DNA of 64,000 nucleotides, taken from NCBI GenBank assembly GCA_021613535.1, contig CP075495.1:2232001-2296000 (forward strand), read 5' to 3'. Source of the DNA: Adineta vaga. Its lineage: Eukaryota > Animalia > Rotifera. Shown here in pieces: positions 1 through 13,800 of the stretch (within the stretch, counting starts at the first letter, position 1; each line of letters begins with the position of its first letter). The notes under the pieces are model-generated. The model did no database searches. It worked only from the letters and a program-made list of their open reading frames with translations, and was not told the DNA's origin. Both the position numbers and the translations under genes were made by a program.

Positions 1-2965
1 AAACTATTGATGACATGATTTGTTGATTAGAAATCATACCTAATGAACGTTTAGTATTCAATTTACTAAAGATAATACGTATTAAAATGAATGCATATTG
101 ATTTTTTAATTGATCGGAAAGATTTTGTTCGAGAAGAACACCTTGAATTAATTCATGAAAAGCTTTTCGACATGAACTTGGATTAAATAACGGTAGAATT
201 TCTTGTGAATGTTTAAGAAAATCTGATTGAATAATTGATTCTGGCATTTGATAACATGTTAATAGACAATGATAAGCAGATTGTTGAATAGAATTATCTG
301 TTGATAGAAGTAAACGAATGTAGAATTGATAGAGACGATATGGTTCAAACCATTGTTTATAATGATGAAATTGTTTGAGAAGATTTAAAATCGTTTCTAA
401 AGTTTTAATAGAAAATTTTCGAGATAATCGTTTCGATGAATTCGTTTGAATAATATATGATAATTTTGATTGACCAAATAGACCCAATGCTAATAAATGA
501 TCATAATATTCATTTGCAAAAAAATCGAAAATAATTGGTAGAAGAATTTTAGTTTTCTGTTCACATTCATTCGGAAAATGAGTTAACATTTGAAATAGAT
601 TGAGACGATATTGTATAAAATCAATTGTTTGATCATTGATTTCATATTCGCGTTTTTCTTCATTATTAAGATATTCTTTAACTAATTCATCGGTTATGAT
701 TTCATTCATTGGTAATTGATCACGTTGACTAATCAATTGAAATTTATCATTAAGTATCGACCAGAAATAAGTATGACCTATGTATTCAATAGCTTTATTT
801 CCATATGAACCAAGTAAATCCGTACAAACCGACCATAATGGAGTGAAATTTGCAGAAAGTAAACCAAGTAAATAATACATAGCTAAATGAAATGATGATG
901 AATTATTATTTAATACAATAAATTCAACGGATAATTTTTGAAGATAGATAAGTTTTGAACGATATTCATAAACATTTAATGGACATTCTTCACATAGAAG
1001 ACAATTGGATATCACATGATTCGAATCGGAAGTAAATGAAACAAGAATTCGAAGTGATAATAATCGAATTTTACTATTAAATGATGATAAATTACTTTTT
1101 AATAGATCAATAAATTTATCCGAATAATCTTTGTTTGGTGAATTCAATAGAAATGAAAGACGTGTAGAAAGTAAATAAAGTTCAGAATGATTATCACGTT
1201 GAAGTATTGTATACCAAAATTCTGTTGAAAATGAATGAAATGAAATGAGTTCGATTAATGTTAATGCAATTATTGATGATGAATTATTTAAAAATTGAGA
1301 AGAGATTCGTTCTAAATGTGTAGATGTAAATTGAATTGTATTGATCTCTTTATCCGATAATGAATGTAAAAGAATTAATGCACGCCAAAGTTGACCAGTT
1401 AACAAAATTTGTTCATCATCGATGTTAAGTAAAGTTTTTTGAATAAATGTTTTAATTAATTGTAATCCTTCATCACCAATCTTATCTTTACTCAAAAATT
1501 TCTTTTTCATTTTTAATAGATTCATTTTTTCTAATATAATTTGATCATTATCATTTGATAAGAAGATCATTTCAGTTTTTTTTCGTTCAAGAATTACAAA
1601 ATCCACAAAACAATTAATAGTTTCTTCTTGTTGATGATCTTTTGTTTTTAATAAAGTATGCCATAATCGTTGATAGAATTCATTGGGTAATTTATCAGTT
1701 AAATCAGTTTGAAAGATCTTTCGTGTTTCTTCATAACAAAACAATGATGGTGTTTGTTCAATAAAACGATAATAAATATCAATAAATTCTTTCGTAATAG
1801 GAATGAATTTCATTAATTTTCGAACAGTTTCATAATGAATTTTTAGAAACTCTTTATTATCATTCGATTTAATCATGGTAAGAAATTCTGAACATAAATT
1901 TAAATCATTAAACATTTTATAATCAATAAATAATTGAAAAATTTCATAGAATGTTTGATAAATAATCATTGAATTGTTAGATTTCTTCTTTTCTTTTGTT
2001 TGTTCAATTGTTCGATAAACATTCAATAAACAATTCCAAAGTATTTCGAAATGTTCTTTTGAAGTATGTTGAATTAATAAGGAATAGATTGTTTTTAAAC
2101 ATGTTTGAACTTGATTTGGTTTTTGTAGAAATTTATTCCAAAGAGTCGTTAATAATGTTTTCGTACATGAATGAAATGTTGATTGAACATTTTGACATGT
2201 TTCACTAAAGACTAATGCAAGACTTTCTAATTCCTCTTCATCACATTCTTTTCGATCGAAAAGATAATCAATAAATGATTGATAATTCTCGATTTTACGT
2301 AATAAATAAGCAAAAGATTCTGCTGCAAATGAACGAATATATTCATAATTTGTTGTTAAACTATTTGAAGATGAAAAAAGATATTTAGAATATAATTCAT
2401 ACAGATTAGCTAAATCTTTTAACATAATACGCCAAAGATGTTTGAATAGATATGTTAAACATTGAAAAACTTGTTCTAATAATTGTGTATTGATTTCATT
2501 TTGTTGATATTTACTACTAATTAATAGATTGATAATATCAACAAATAAATATTCTTTATAATAGGTATAGAAATCACTTTGTAAATCACGTGCTAATTGA
2601 ACAATTAAATCTAATAATGTTTCAATAATTAATGGATTATGTTCGATTATTGCATGATGAAGTGTAGAAAGAATTTGTTCACGATTGTAAACGACTTGTT
2701 CAAGTGAACTTGCTAATGGTAGAAGTTTTTTATGAAGTTTAGAATAGACTTCACTGAAATTGAGCATTGCCCAATGTTCGAGAGATTGATGGAAATGACT
2801 TGAACGAGTTAAATCTTCATTATCAGCAAGATTAGTTGTATCATGATAACGAATACGATGAACAACATTGATATTGATGTTATTCAAACGTTCATGAAGT
2901 GTTTGATATCGAAATGGACGATGATCTGGATTCTTTTCTTTAGAATTCTTCGATTTTTTTGCCAT
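1..2965 (-). CDS. UTP20: Small subunit processome component 20 homolog (5' part; continues beyond window start)
   Basis: ATG at 2965 reads MAKKSKNSKEKNPDHRPFRYQTLHERLNNININVVHRIRY, matching the UTP20 N-terminus (YRFxTFxERLxNVNIDxxHR). The same frame is open at the window edge, so there is no stop and it is absent from the ORF track. Helical-repeat composition. Confidence 0.88.
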   Translation of the reverse strand, partial: MAKKSKNSKEKNPDHRPFRYQTLHERLNNININVVHRIRYHDTTNLADNEDLTRSSHFHQSLEHWAMLNFSEVYSKLHKKLLPLASSLEQVVYNREQILSTLHHAIIEHNPLIIETLLDLIVQLARDLQSDFYTYYKEYLFVDIINLLISSKYQQNEINTQLLEQVFQCLTYLFKHLWRIMLKDLANLYELYSKYLFSSSNSLTTNYEYIRSFAAESFAYLLRKIENYQSFIDYLFDRKECDEEELESLALVFSETCQNVQSTFHSCTKTLLTTLWNKFLQKPNQVQTCLKTIYSLLIQHTSKEHFEILWNCLLNVYRTIEQTKEKKKSNNSMIIYQTFYEIFQLFIDYKMFNDLNLCSEFLTMIKSNDNKEFLKIHYETVRKLMKFIPITKEFIDIYYRFIEQTPSLFCYEETRKIFQTDLTDKLPNEFYQRLWHTLLKTKDHQQEETINCFVDFVILERKKTEMIFLSNDNDQIILEKMNLLKMKKKFLSKDKIGDEGLQLIKTFIQKTLLNIDDEQILLTGQLWRALILLHSLSDKEINTIQFTSTHLERISSQFLNNSSSIIALTLIELISFHSFSTEFWYTILQRDNHSELYLLSTRLSFLLNSPNKDYSDKFIDLLKSNLSSFNSKIRLLSLRILVSFTSDSNHVISNCLLCEECPLNVYEYRSKLIYLQKLSVEFIVLNNNSSSFHLAMYYLLGLLSANFTPLWSVCTDLLGSYGNKAIEYIGHTYFWSILNDKFQLISQRDQLPMNEIITDELVKEYLNNEEKREYEINDQTIDFIQYRLNLFQMLTHFPNECEQKTKILLPIIFDFFANEYYDHLLALGLFGQSKLSYIIQTNSSKRLSRKFSIKTLETILNLLKQFHHYKQWFEPYRLYQFYIRLLLSTDNSIQQSAYHCLLTCYQMPESIIQSDFLKHSQEILPLFNPSSCRKAFHELIQGVLLEQNLSDQLKNQYAFILIRIIFSKLNTKRSLGMISNQQIMSSIV

Positions 2966-3097
2966 CTAGAAGAATAATTATGAAAGAAAAAAGAAGTTCT
3001 TCAAAGATTATGATTCTTTTTATATGATGTGCACTTTTGAGTTTGGTTAGATCGGAGAGGTTAATTTGAATTTGGAATAAGAGAAATATTCTGTGGA

Positions 3098-3110
3098 TAG
3101 CCAATCAGAA
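3098..3110. promoter_or_regulatory. CCAAT box (NF-Y-like) upstream of UTP20
   Basis: TAGCCAATCAGAA matches RRCCAATCAG, about 140 bp upstream of the UTP20 ATG. Confidence 0.4.
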
Positions 3111-3336
3111 GTGATACACTAGCGACATCTGATGATGAACATATCATATCTACATTGAGATGATATTCTACGAATTGTTACTTATTGTGGTTTCGATAAA
3201 ATATACTTAACAGTGTATGATCACATTTTTTTTAGTATCGGATGATAAATTTCTTTCTTAAATCAACAACGTAAATATTCAGATCTACAGTAAAAACTAG
3301 TTTTTATTGTCATTTAGTACGTTTATTGTATCTCTA

Positions 3337-4455
3337 TTACGGATATTGACAAAATGATAATGCATAGCCATAATTATTTAACATATAAAAGGTATATTTG
3401 GATGCTCTCCCAATTACTTTACTTCCAAGAGTATACTTTGCTAGTAAATTGCCTTGAATATCGTAAACAAAAGAATTATTTTTTGTTGGATTATCTTGTT
3501 CAATATATAATCGACTTGAAGCGTCCAAAAACAATTCTTTACTTGAAAAATTTGACATTAAAAGAACTGGTGTTGCCGATACACCTTGAGTTAAATCGAT
3601 ACGTCGTAAACCATTTGATGAAGTAACATACAATTGTTGATTTAAAATACGAGCCCACCAATTGGTTGTATTCGCTATTGTTATATTAAATAACGGTTGA
3701 TTCGTTGTTACATTTCGTACATATATTTTGGAACCTCCATTCGTCAATGCTACTAAATAATCATCCGATAAATAAGCAGGATAGAAATTAGCACTGGAAT
3801 CAGTCCAGTTTTGAAGCGTTGTATAATAGTACATATCGTATGTTGTACGGCTTGTGAGAAGAAAACTTCCCAGAAAATTCATATCAAAACTGTATATAGT
3901 AAAAGGAAATGTCATATTCGAAATGAGTGTCAATGATGGCCAGTCAAAAATTTGAACGACTCCTGAAGTAAATGATGGTAAGTAGAATCGAGTTGGAAAA
4001 ATAATTGGATAATATGTCCTTAGAACCCATGTTTGTGTGAAACGAAGATTATCCAATGCATACTGAACTGTAACAGGAGGTTGAATACTTTCCGGTAAGC
4101 CAAAACAAATATGTTGAGGTTCACTAAAACCATTTGGACAGAGATTAAAACTAATAACAATACTCATCGTTGTGGTCATGCTCACAATTCGACCAACAAA
4201 TGAATTCTCTTCGAAGAGAGAACACATCGTATCAGATGTTGAATCAAAATAAGTTGCAGTTCGACAATAATCGTTATCATGACATAAATAAATACAATCA
4301 TGAAGTGTATTTATTGGAAATATACCGATTGTATGAAGATGATAGGCAGGAATATATTTAGAATCATGAGAAAGTTGAATGTTAGCAACTCGAATTTCAT
4401 GTAAAATTGAAAGTTTTATATGAGTGAAAGCGAGTATTAAAATAATGGCAAGCAT
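3337..4455 (-). CDS. Secreted protein with PAN/apple-like domain and probable beta-propeller C-terminal region; intronless
   Basis: First ATG at 4455 gives a hydrophobic signal peptide (MLAIILILAF). Apple-type cysteines CIYLCHDNDYCRTATYF...CSLF are followed by a beta-rich region with many NxS/T sites. Confidence 0.65.
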   Translation of the reverse strand: MLAIILILAFTHIKLSILHEIRVANIQLSHDSKYIPAYHLHTIGIFPINTLHDCIYLCHDNDYCRTATYFDSTSDTMCSLFEENSFVGRIVSMTTTMSIVISFNLCPNGFSEPQHICFGLPESIQPPVTVQYALDNLRFTQTWVLRTYYPIIFPTRFYLPSFTSGVVQIFDWPSLTLISNMTFPFTIYSFDMNFLGSFLLTSRTTYDMYYYTTLQNWTDSSANFYPAYLSDDYLVALTNGGSKIYVRNVTTNQPLFNITIANTTNWWARILNQQLYVTSSNGLRRIDLTQGVSATPVLLMSNFSSKELFLDASSRLYIEQDNPTKNNSFVYDIQGNLLAKYTLGSKVIGRASKYTFYMLNNYGYALSFCQYP

Positions 4456-5436
4456 GACAATGTTTTCACCTGCAGAATACACCTTGCTTTAATTGAAAAT
4501 ATTCATTTATATATCGAATAGTTTAATGTATATCGTATCTTTGTTGCACTTGAAATCTAATGATTCTTTTTGAAGAACTATTTTTCTGTAGAAATACTTT
4601 TCAACTGATAAAAAGAAAGTTTCAAGTAGTGCATCTCAATGAACAGCAAAAATGTCCTTCAAATGACACCATTAGTCCACTTTTCTTCCATTATTTTTCT
4701 AGTACAAAATTCATCGCAAAAACATGAATGAATTCTATTTGAAAAAAGATTGATAGATGATATTTACATCTCAAGTGACCTTTCATCGAATTACTTCTGT
4801 CATATTGATAGAATGACAATAGTTATCATATATTCAAACTTCAATCATACTCTTGTTTAATTCACTCAAGATGATTTCCAACTATCTCTGTTTCCATCTT
4901 TTTCATCAACAGAGTCTTTCAGTTCAAATAACGGACAGATTTGCAACAGATGTATGATTGATATTTACAAACATCAACTCTTAATTATAATAAACATTAA
5001 AATATTCTATTGAATCAGATTCTGTCTTGATGGTTACCATAGTAGCATATTGTTCTACTTTCTTCAAACCATATGTGAAATCTGTCAATATGTTATATGA
5101 ATTAAATAGCCAATTAGAGACAGATATGAATTATATTAGAATTACTTCCATATCTCGATTGATTATATACTTCTGTAAACTATCATTTGTCGTGTTATCA
5201 ATCATTCTAGTAATGATTTCTTAATGATCATTATTTGTACATTTTCTCTCGAGTCAAATAAAGATTAAGTTAATCCCTGAAAAGAAATAATTGGTAACTC
5301 TGATCAGAAATCTTAATCATTAATAAAAAAAATACTTTCTATTTTGTAAAATATGACTATAAATGGTATATAAAAAAAAACTGAATCATTCGAAAGTAAA
5401 ATATAATGTACTTTTCTTTTATAGTTAAGAGGCATT

Positions 5437-6489
5437 TTATGAATATGTAGTTGTTTTTTTAAAACCTAATGATGACGATGTTGAACGTACTTTTTCAAGA
5501 GCATCTTGTAAATTTTGTGCAATACCTATAACGGCATTTCTTGACGATGGTTTTGGACAATGTGTCAATATTGAATGACATGACTGATCGATTGTCGTAA
5601 AATTCTCAATAATGTTATCAACATTTTGTCGAGTTAAATCTTGCCGAAGTTCTTTTGTAACTTCTGTTTTCTTACTTAAAACATCTAAAAGTAATTCAAC
5701 TATTTGTGTATAAGTATTAGCTAAATCTTTCTTCGCTGTTTCATCTTGTGATCGTATTGATTGAGCTACACCTGTAATTTAATAATTCGAAAAATGAAAT
5801 CATTCAAAAACAAATCATGACTTACTGTTAATAATTCGTACCTAAAAGAAAATCCAAATAAAATTTACATGTATGTGAAATGTACTTACAATACGCCATA
5901 AACGAAGTGATATGAATAATAGAGAAATTTCCGCTAATGCACTTTGTCGTTTAGCAAAATAAACATCAACAGCAAATGAAACAATAACAATAATAGCATC
6001 TAACCATTCCATTTTTTTCTCTCGAAAATTCCACCATTTCTTTCCAAATGCATAAATTTTCGTTAGAACTTCAACAACGAATATAGCTAATAGAAAAATT
6101 GAACCAAAATGTAAAATTTCAATGGCTAATTCTAATCCTGGACATTCTTTTTCTTCCTTATCAGATTTGCCTGTATTTCGTGAACATTTGTTATTTAAAA
6201 AGAGAAAATCAAGCATTAATTCTGCAATAACCAAAACACAATCAACAAGAACAAGTACAATAATTCCAATATGAAAGATAGTTTTTTCTACAATATGCAT
6301 AATCTTGCGTTGATGTTTAAATTTAACATTCCACCATTGATTAAAACACGAACAACATTTATCATGACAACAATTTTCACTATCTGGTTCATTGGATTCT
6401 TGATCGAATTGTTCGATTGTTGTTAAAGTATTTTTTGGAATCTGTTTATTAGGTAGATCTACTGCAAATGGTGAATTTGATGTAGCCAT
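5437..6489 (-). CDS. HVCN1: Voltage-gated proton channel Hv1 (exons 6489-5890, 5841-5826, 5771-5437)
   Basis: S1 VLVLVDCVLVIAELMLD carries the selectivity Asp; S3 is LDAIIVIVSF. Splicing restores the S4 signature LRLWRIVRIINS. No pore domain; helical C-tail. Confidence 0.9.
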
Positions 6490-7864
6490 TTTATTTTAAT
6501 ATTCAACTTAGTTTGAGAGCAAAAAAGGTTATATCACACGCACTGTCTTATCAGTTGCAAAAGAAAAGCGAACGAAAACGATAACACGAAAAATTATCTT
6601 ACATTTTAGTAAAGAGAATAAATACTTAATTCTATTAAGCTGTGCGAAAGAAAAAAGAGAGAGAGAGAGAGATTGATTATTTCGATTCTCGATGGAATGA
6701 ATCGTAGTAATCAATATGTATGATAATTTATTGAATTGAATTAATATTCAGTTTGAAAAACATCTTCACAATTAAACATGTAAAATTCTAATCAAACTAA
6801 TAAGAATGTTCGTGCCTAGATTACTCATTAGAAGAAAGTATGTTTTCCGAAGTTCTATCGAAAGGATTCTTGACACATCTCGACTAGAATAATATGTTTT
6901 CTAAAAACAAATTATTTCATGTCACATACAATGATTGACGCAGCTTCTCATTGTTCTTTCTTTTGCAAAATTAAACACGAGAAGAAAAACATTTATATAG
7001 CCATCAATTGCTTTGATAATATCCATTAACAACATGACAAACGTGTATGTTCTAAATTTGGATAATCTACACTATTCAACTTTCCTCTTCAAGTAATATT
7101 ATTGCATTTCTCGAGAAACCTATCTATCTAATTTGATATTTCATCTTGTTGATTTTCCCTCGATAATGAAATTCAAGATGGAGACAGTTGATAAATTTTT
7201 GACGGTTAATGACATTTTCTTCAACTAAACAATTGATAAGTAGAAGATATTCTCTGTCTTCTTTTTTTATTTTTGCCAAAAGGGAAAAACACATTCAATA
7301 CAAGAAGAAAGAGAGAAAGAAAGCAAGAAAAAGCACAACCGGCTTATTGAATGTTTCGTAAAAAGTAAATTCGTTCAATAAACAAGAATAGATGAAAGTC
7401 GTGCGTAAAGAAATCTAATTCATACAGATATTCACGCTTTTACATGAGAATTCATAGTAAAAAACACACATACATAGAAAGAAAAACGATGGAAGCATCG
7501 ATTAATTTTGCAAGTACACGAGAATTTCTTCTTTGTCTTTGTAAAAACACTGATGATAAAATTAGTTTTATTTGGCAAAAAACAAAAGAAAGAAAACAAA
7601 AAGTTTTTTTTATATAGAAATAAATGTATGTATGTATGTATGTATATAGATAAGAGAACAGAATTTCTATATAGAGGAATCAAATTGTAAAGAAAAGAAA
7701 AACAACACAAAGAACAGGAAAAAAAAGCAAAGAAACAAAAGATTTTTCCTTCATTTTGCCTTCATGTCAGATCTTAGTTACTTATCGGCGAAATATGAAA
7801 AACGACTAGACCACATGATTTGTTTATATGACTATTTTGGTTAATAGAATAGAATTGATAACTA

Positions 7865-10800
7865 TCATCTATCGTTGAGTTTATTTGCTGATAAACGTCG
7901 AAAATTTGATGAAGATGAACGGGAACGATTTTTACGATCATTTCCTACTGAATTTTGACGATTTTGCACTTGAGTACTAGCTTTCAAACGTCCGATTTTA
8001 ATATTTACACGACCATGCGGAAGTGTCTAAATAAGATAAAGTAAACACATTTTATTCTAACGGAAGACAAATTTCCTTGTTTTTTTCTCGTACCTTCAAT
8101 GTGTAAGCAACATGTTCGTACGCTGCTGTTCGAAGATCTTGCCCATTGACTTCTAAGATTAGATCACCAGACATTAATCGACTATCTTTTTCTGCACAGC
8201 CACCTTCCAACTAGATAAGAAGAAAAAGAAAATATTAATGCCCTGGAGGAAAACTTTCTACTTACAATATGAGAAATGAATACACCGAAACCGTGCCGCC
8301 GTCCAATAATACTAAACCCTGGAAATGAGGAAAGAAAAAGCTGTCAATAGAAATCTTTTATTGACGAATAGAAATCTTACCAAGTCCTTTGCCCGATTTT
8401 TTAATTAATTCAACGTTCAAAACATCAAATTTATCTTGTTCATTCATCATTTCAGTTAGCATTTTGCCTCGTATAATTACGATACTAACTATATTCGTTG
8501 CTTGCCTTAATGCTTGAATAGCTTCTTCATGTGTCGCAGTTCGTAAATCAATTGAATTAACTTCAAGAATTTGATCACCAACAAGTAAACGACCATCACG
8601 TTGCGCAGCACAACCATCATATATGTCATGAATAATAATTCCGGACTAAAAATAAAGACATATAGCAATTTTTCTATAATTCTAACTTATAATTTTACCA
8701 ATTGAGTATCCGATCCACCAACAACTGAAAGTCCAAGACCAGATTGTCCACGATCAATTTCAATAAGAGTTTCTTGTCCAACAGGAACTGATCGTGTACG
8801 AGGATCATCTTCTTTGATACTTTCGGAATCATCTGAAAAACAATTTTAGAAATATAAAAATGAATATTTTCATGTAAATTTACTTGGAGTTAACATAGGT
8901 AAACTTTCTGTTTGATTGATATTAACAACGATCGGTTGTGGTTGTGGTTCCCGATATGGTATACATGTTAAATGTATTTGATTACTATTCGCACGTTCTA
9001 ACATACTTTGTATATCAGTAAATTTCAAGGAGTCAACTGGAGTTCCATTGATTTGTGTTAGATGATCACCAGCACGAATATCTTGCTGCAAAGAAAGGAA
9101 TAGGATAGTTTTGTTTTTCTCTTCAAAACGTATTTACCTGGTCGGCAGGTCCATGCGGTTGAACACTTTGCACCCAAATTTCATTATCATGTTGTGCTAT
9201 AGTTAAACCAAATGAACCTTTTTGATCCTGAAAATTCATGCAAAATATTCATATATGAAGGAGAAACATGTATATAGTTACGAACTTTATTTAATATGAG
9301 AGTAATCGGGGCACCAGGTGTCGACATGGAAATACGTCGCATTACTTGTATTGAAGATGATGGTACTTGTTTTCGAGTTAGATGCTCAGTTGACGAGGGT
9401 GTTGAAACTGATAGCGATGACGAAGAACTTGAAGACGATGACATATTAGAAATATGCGTTGTTACAGCACCGTTCGCTGTTGCTCTTTGTAGGAGTTTAG
9501 GGAAATTATCATCCGTTTTCTCTTTACTAGGTGATGATGTACTGACGTCTGAAGGCAAGTTACTACTTGTTTGTCCTGATAGTTGATTTGCTTGCATGAT
9601 TGTAGAAGAATGTGTAGGTGATGTTTTATCTAATAGGATAAAAAAGAACAATATGCAAATAAGTTTTTCTTTTATTTAAATAAGAATGACAAACTTTTGT
9701 TTAGTTCAATTGGATTATGTTGAGGAGAAGAACTTGATGTTTGAAGTGAACTTTCTAAATATTTGTCATTTGCATGATTTCCTTGTTCATGCATTAATGA
9801 GCATGATAAAGTTGTTGTTATTGACGAGGGAAGTGCTGATAATGATTGGTCATTTCCATATACGCCCGATTGTTGATCAACGGATGATGGAATGAAACGA
9901 CGAGTAGAAGAACTACCATCGGAAGAAATAGAATGCATGTCTGTGATCGTTGTATGACTACAAATATTATGATTTAATAATGAAACTTCGTTGTTGCCGG
10001 TTTGAACGTCAGTTGTTGTTCTTATTTGATTAGACGATGATGACGATGATAATGTTGGCATTTGTTCAGTAACAGAAAATTTTTCATCCCCAGTGATTGG
10101 CGTTATTTGGGAAATCGAACATTTCTTTTCATTCGTCTTATTTTTAATATCTTCGCTCTCATCAAATGGATGTGAGGAAAGCGGAAAAGCCGATGTCGAT
10201 GTTAGTCTATCGTCATTTTCTTTCTGTTCATTGACATCCGGTTGCTGCCTTGGGACATGAACATGCTGATGATGATGACTAGCATCGTTTGTCATCTGTT
10301 GTTCTGACGGATGTTGAGATGAAGATAATGGTTGATTTCGTACTAATTTGTTAGAAACTGATGTGAGGTGAACATCAGAAGATGCCATAGCCGTTGCCTT
10401 AATTCGGAAATAAACTCAAAAATTTCTACTAATCAGTAACAGATTAAACATACTCGTAAACGTACTGCTACAGCATGTTGATTATTTAAAGCCATATCAC
10501 TAATTGCATTGGGATTTCTATTTTGAAAATAGAATAATAATAATAAAAGAAAATGAAAAGCAAAATTTATTCTTTACCGAAGTAAGACAAAATTCAATGT
10601 ATCCGCTTTAATTGATTTGATAATTGGTGTAACTGTTGAATGTGCTTTACCCAAAAGGATTTCTCCATTAACCTAAAAAACAATAACACAAATCGTTTTC
10701 CTATTTAGCTTGCAAAATAAATCATCGAAGAAAGAAGAAAAAGAACGTTCTTATTTGTTCTTTACATGAACATGTCAAAAAGTAACATAGATTGATTTTG

Positions 10801-13800
10801 TCGAACGATGAAAATAAATTAGAATAAAAAGAAAACTTTGGTCATGCAATTATTTCGATAGATTACGGTAGTATATAGAACGTTGTCTTTCTTTAGATAT
10901 AAATGTTCAAACAAGAAAGAGGAATTCCTGTTTTTCTCTCTCTCTCATTCTTTCTCATTAGTTTCTTCTTCTTTTTTTCGGTAAAAACATCACGCATATA
11001 GTCAAAGAGAATTGATAAAACGAGTTTTTCCGTTTTTTCTTCTTCTTCTCTTAAACAAGATTATAGTCACGCATTAAGTCTTTAAATTAGAAAGCGGAAA
11101 CACTTTTCTATTCGAGTAAAAGACAAAAAAAATGTTTCGTTTCTTTACTTCAAGTAATTGGTCGCCGGGATGAATACGAGAATCACGATCGAGTAATGAA
11201 TCTGGTTGTATATCACAAACAAAAACAGCAAGTTTAGTTGAATCACGATGGCCGATAAGAGAAAGTCCAAGTGGTTCATTGATTTCTGCTAATGTTCGTT
11301 TAATATCAATATAGAAAAGATCACCATTTAAATGTCCATATTGTTTGATTAATTCATGTTCAGTTTTTCGTTCATTCATATGTGACATTTTATTAATTGG
11401 GATGATTTTATTTTGTGATGGAGAATTCGTTGGAATGTGAGAGAAATTTGTTGATGAAACATCAGGATTCGATGTAGATATGGGATTTGATGGGTCAAGT
11501 AAACTTTGAACAATGAAATTGACAGGTGATTGAGCTGCACGAATGATTTCTACAGCACGATCATGTGAAGCATCACGAAGATTATGTCCATTGACTTCTA
11601 AGATTAAATCACCTGTTTTTAATGTACCATTACGTCCGGCTGGTGAATCGGGTAGAACATGTTTGATAAATATTCCTGATATACATGATTCAATTGTATT
11701 TCCAGGACCAGAAAAATCTAGTTTACCACCGACAATACTAATTCCTAGACTTTTCACATGTTCATTACGATAGAGTATAACAGTTCGTGGTGGTCCCCAT
11801 AATGTTGCACTTAATGCTTCACTATCAATAACATTTGAATATGTTTGTTGATTATTTTGTGCATCAAATCCATAAGAATTTCCTTCTTCATTGGGTGTTG
11901 TAACAGATTTAGTTGTAGAATGTTCAATATCCGAATCAGTTATTCTAAAAGTAAATACAAAAGACATGTTTGTGTAATTAACCGTTTCTTTTTCTTTTTC
12001 TTTTTTTTTGTAATTTACTTACTCAGGTGGTATTGGTGAGGAAGTCGTTTGTGGATCGAGTGTATGATCTTTGAATTGTTTAGCATCATCACCCGGAACG
12101 AAAATAACACTAGAATAAAATAAAGATCAAATAAAAGAAGAATTTTCAACATTTGTCTTTATTCATACCTGATATCTGACCCGATAAGAGAAGCTCGTCG
12201 TATAATTGAACGTGCTTGTGCATTACTAATCTTTTTCATATTTTCATTATTAATTGATAAAATATAATCACCCGATCTTAAACCATGTTGATTAGTTAAT
12301 GTTGATGTTGGCGTTATCGAACGTACATAACATCCATTAACACCTTCATCAACATATGCATCAACAAGTAGACCTAGAAAAGAAAATGAATTTTTTCGAA
12401 TCTTGACTTTGTATTCAATTTTTCTTACCAAGTTGATCGAAATTTTGTTTGACACGTATTTCACGTTCAAGATAAACAGGTAATTGTATTACTTCATGAT
12501 TAAGAAAAGTAATAACACGACCGGATGATTGCGAACTAGTCGATAGAGCAGGTGAAGCCATACGCGACGACTGTCTTGATGAAGTCCATTTAGATGTTGT
12601 AGTAGGTGTCGTCGGAGTTCTGATTGCTGATTGTATTACACTATGATTTTCATTATTATCATTATTAAGTACACGTTCATGTTGTTTAATGATAGTATCA
12701 ACTTCATGAGCATCTTCATCTACAATTGTTGCTACAGTTGTGGGAGTGGATGAGGAATAGGAAACATTTTTAATCGATTGTCGTTGTGTTAAAGGAGATG
12801 ATGATGATGATGATGATGATGGACGTACAATATTATAATTATTGTTAATTTTATGATGACCGTCGTCAGAACTTAAGTCAGGCTAGGAAAGAAAAACAAA
12901 AAATAATCAATCTGTAACAATGATTTTTGTTCGTCATCAACAATTTCTTCTTGTCTTCTAGCTTTTTATTTCCGATAAATAATGATGAAAAGGAAAACGC
13001 AGAAGATAATGGGTGCTTGCATAGTTCTTGATAAGTCTGTTGTCACAATTGATAAACGCCTTGGTATATGAGAACAGATGAAAAAACATCTTGCTGTCTC
13101 TCTTTCCACTTCTCAACATATCTTGTGGTGTTACTACGTATAATGCTACTATATATTTACAGTAATCCATCTCAAATATATATATGAAAAAAAAACGAAG
13201 AAAGAAGGTCAACATACTCAAGATAAAACAACAAGCAATCTATATAATCGAAGTAAATGAACAAGGGTATTAAAGGCTCAACCTGTTAAATTATAATTAA
13301 CTATAATATAAATAGATACATACAATCCAGAAGATCTCATTTGTTATTACAAGGAAAATGATGATGCGATGTCAATCATTTCTTCACACAATACATGTTG
13401 ATTGAAAATCAAATCTAATTGTTCCTCAGCATTCTAAGTAGCTGTAAGAAGAACTCAGAAAAAAGGAAAAAAAAAACAAAATATGTGCATGCGTGGCACA
13501 TGAAGAATCAGAGCGTGAGACACACACACACACGAAGATATACACTAAAGAATAGCGGACGGATGGAAAGACAGAGAAAAGACCAGACCATTCATAGAAC
13601 AACGACAACAAAATATAATTCTTTCTGTCCGCCTTTTTGCTTTTGCCGTAGTACCACCAGAGAACACGTACGCACGCATACACAATGTTTCTTTTCTTCT
13701 TCATCGTCTACTTCTTCTTCTTCTTCTACGTCTTCGTCTTCGTCTTCGTTTTCTTCCTTTTCCTTTCTTTCTTCATCGATAGTCTCATTTTTTTGTATTC

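Noticed and set aside
9296-9586. Acidic plus-strand ORF (and similar ones at 11543, 15770, 19332)
   Set aside because: Antisense shadows of MPDZ exons.
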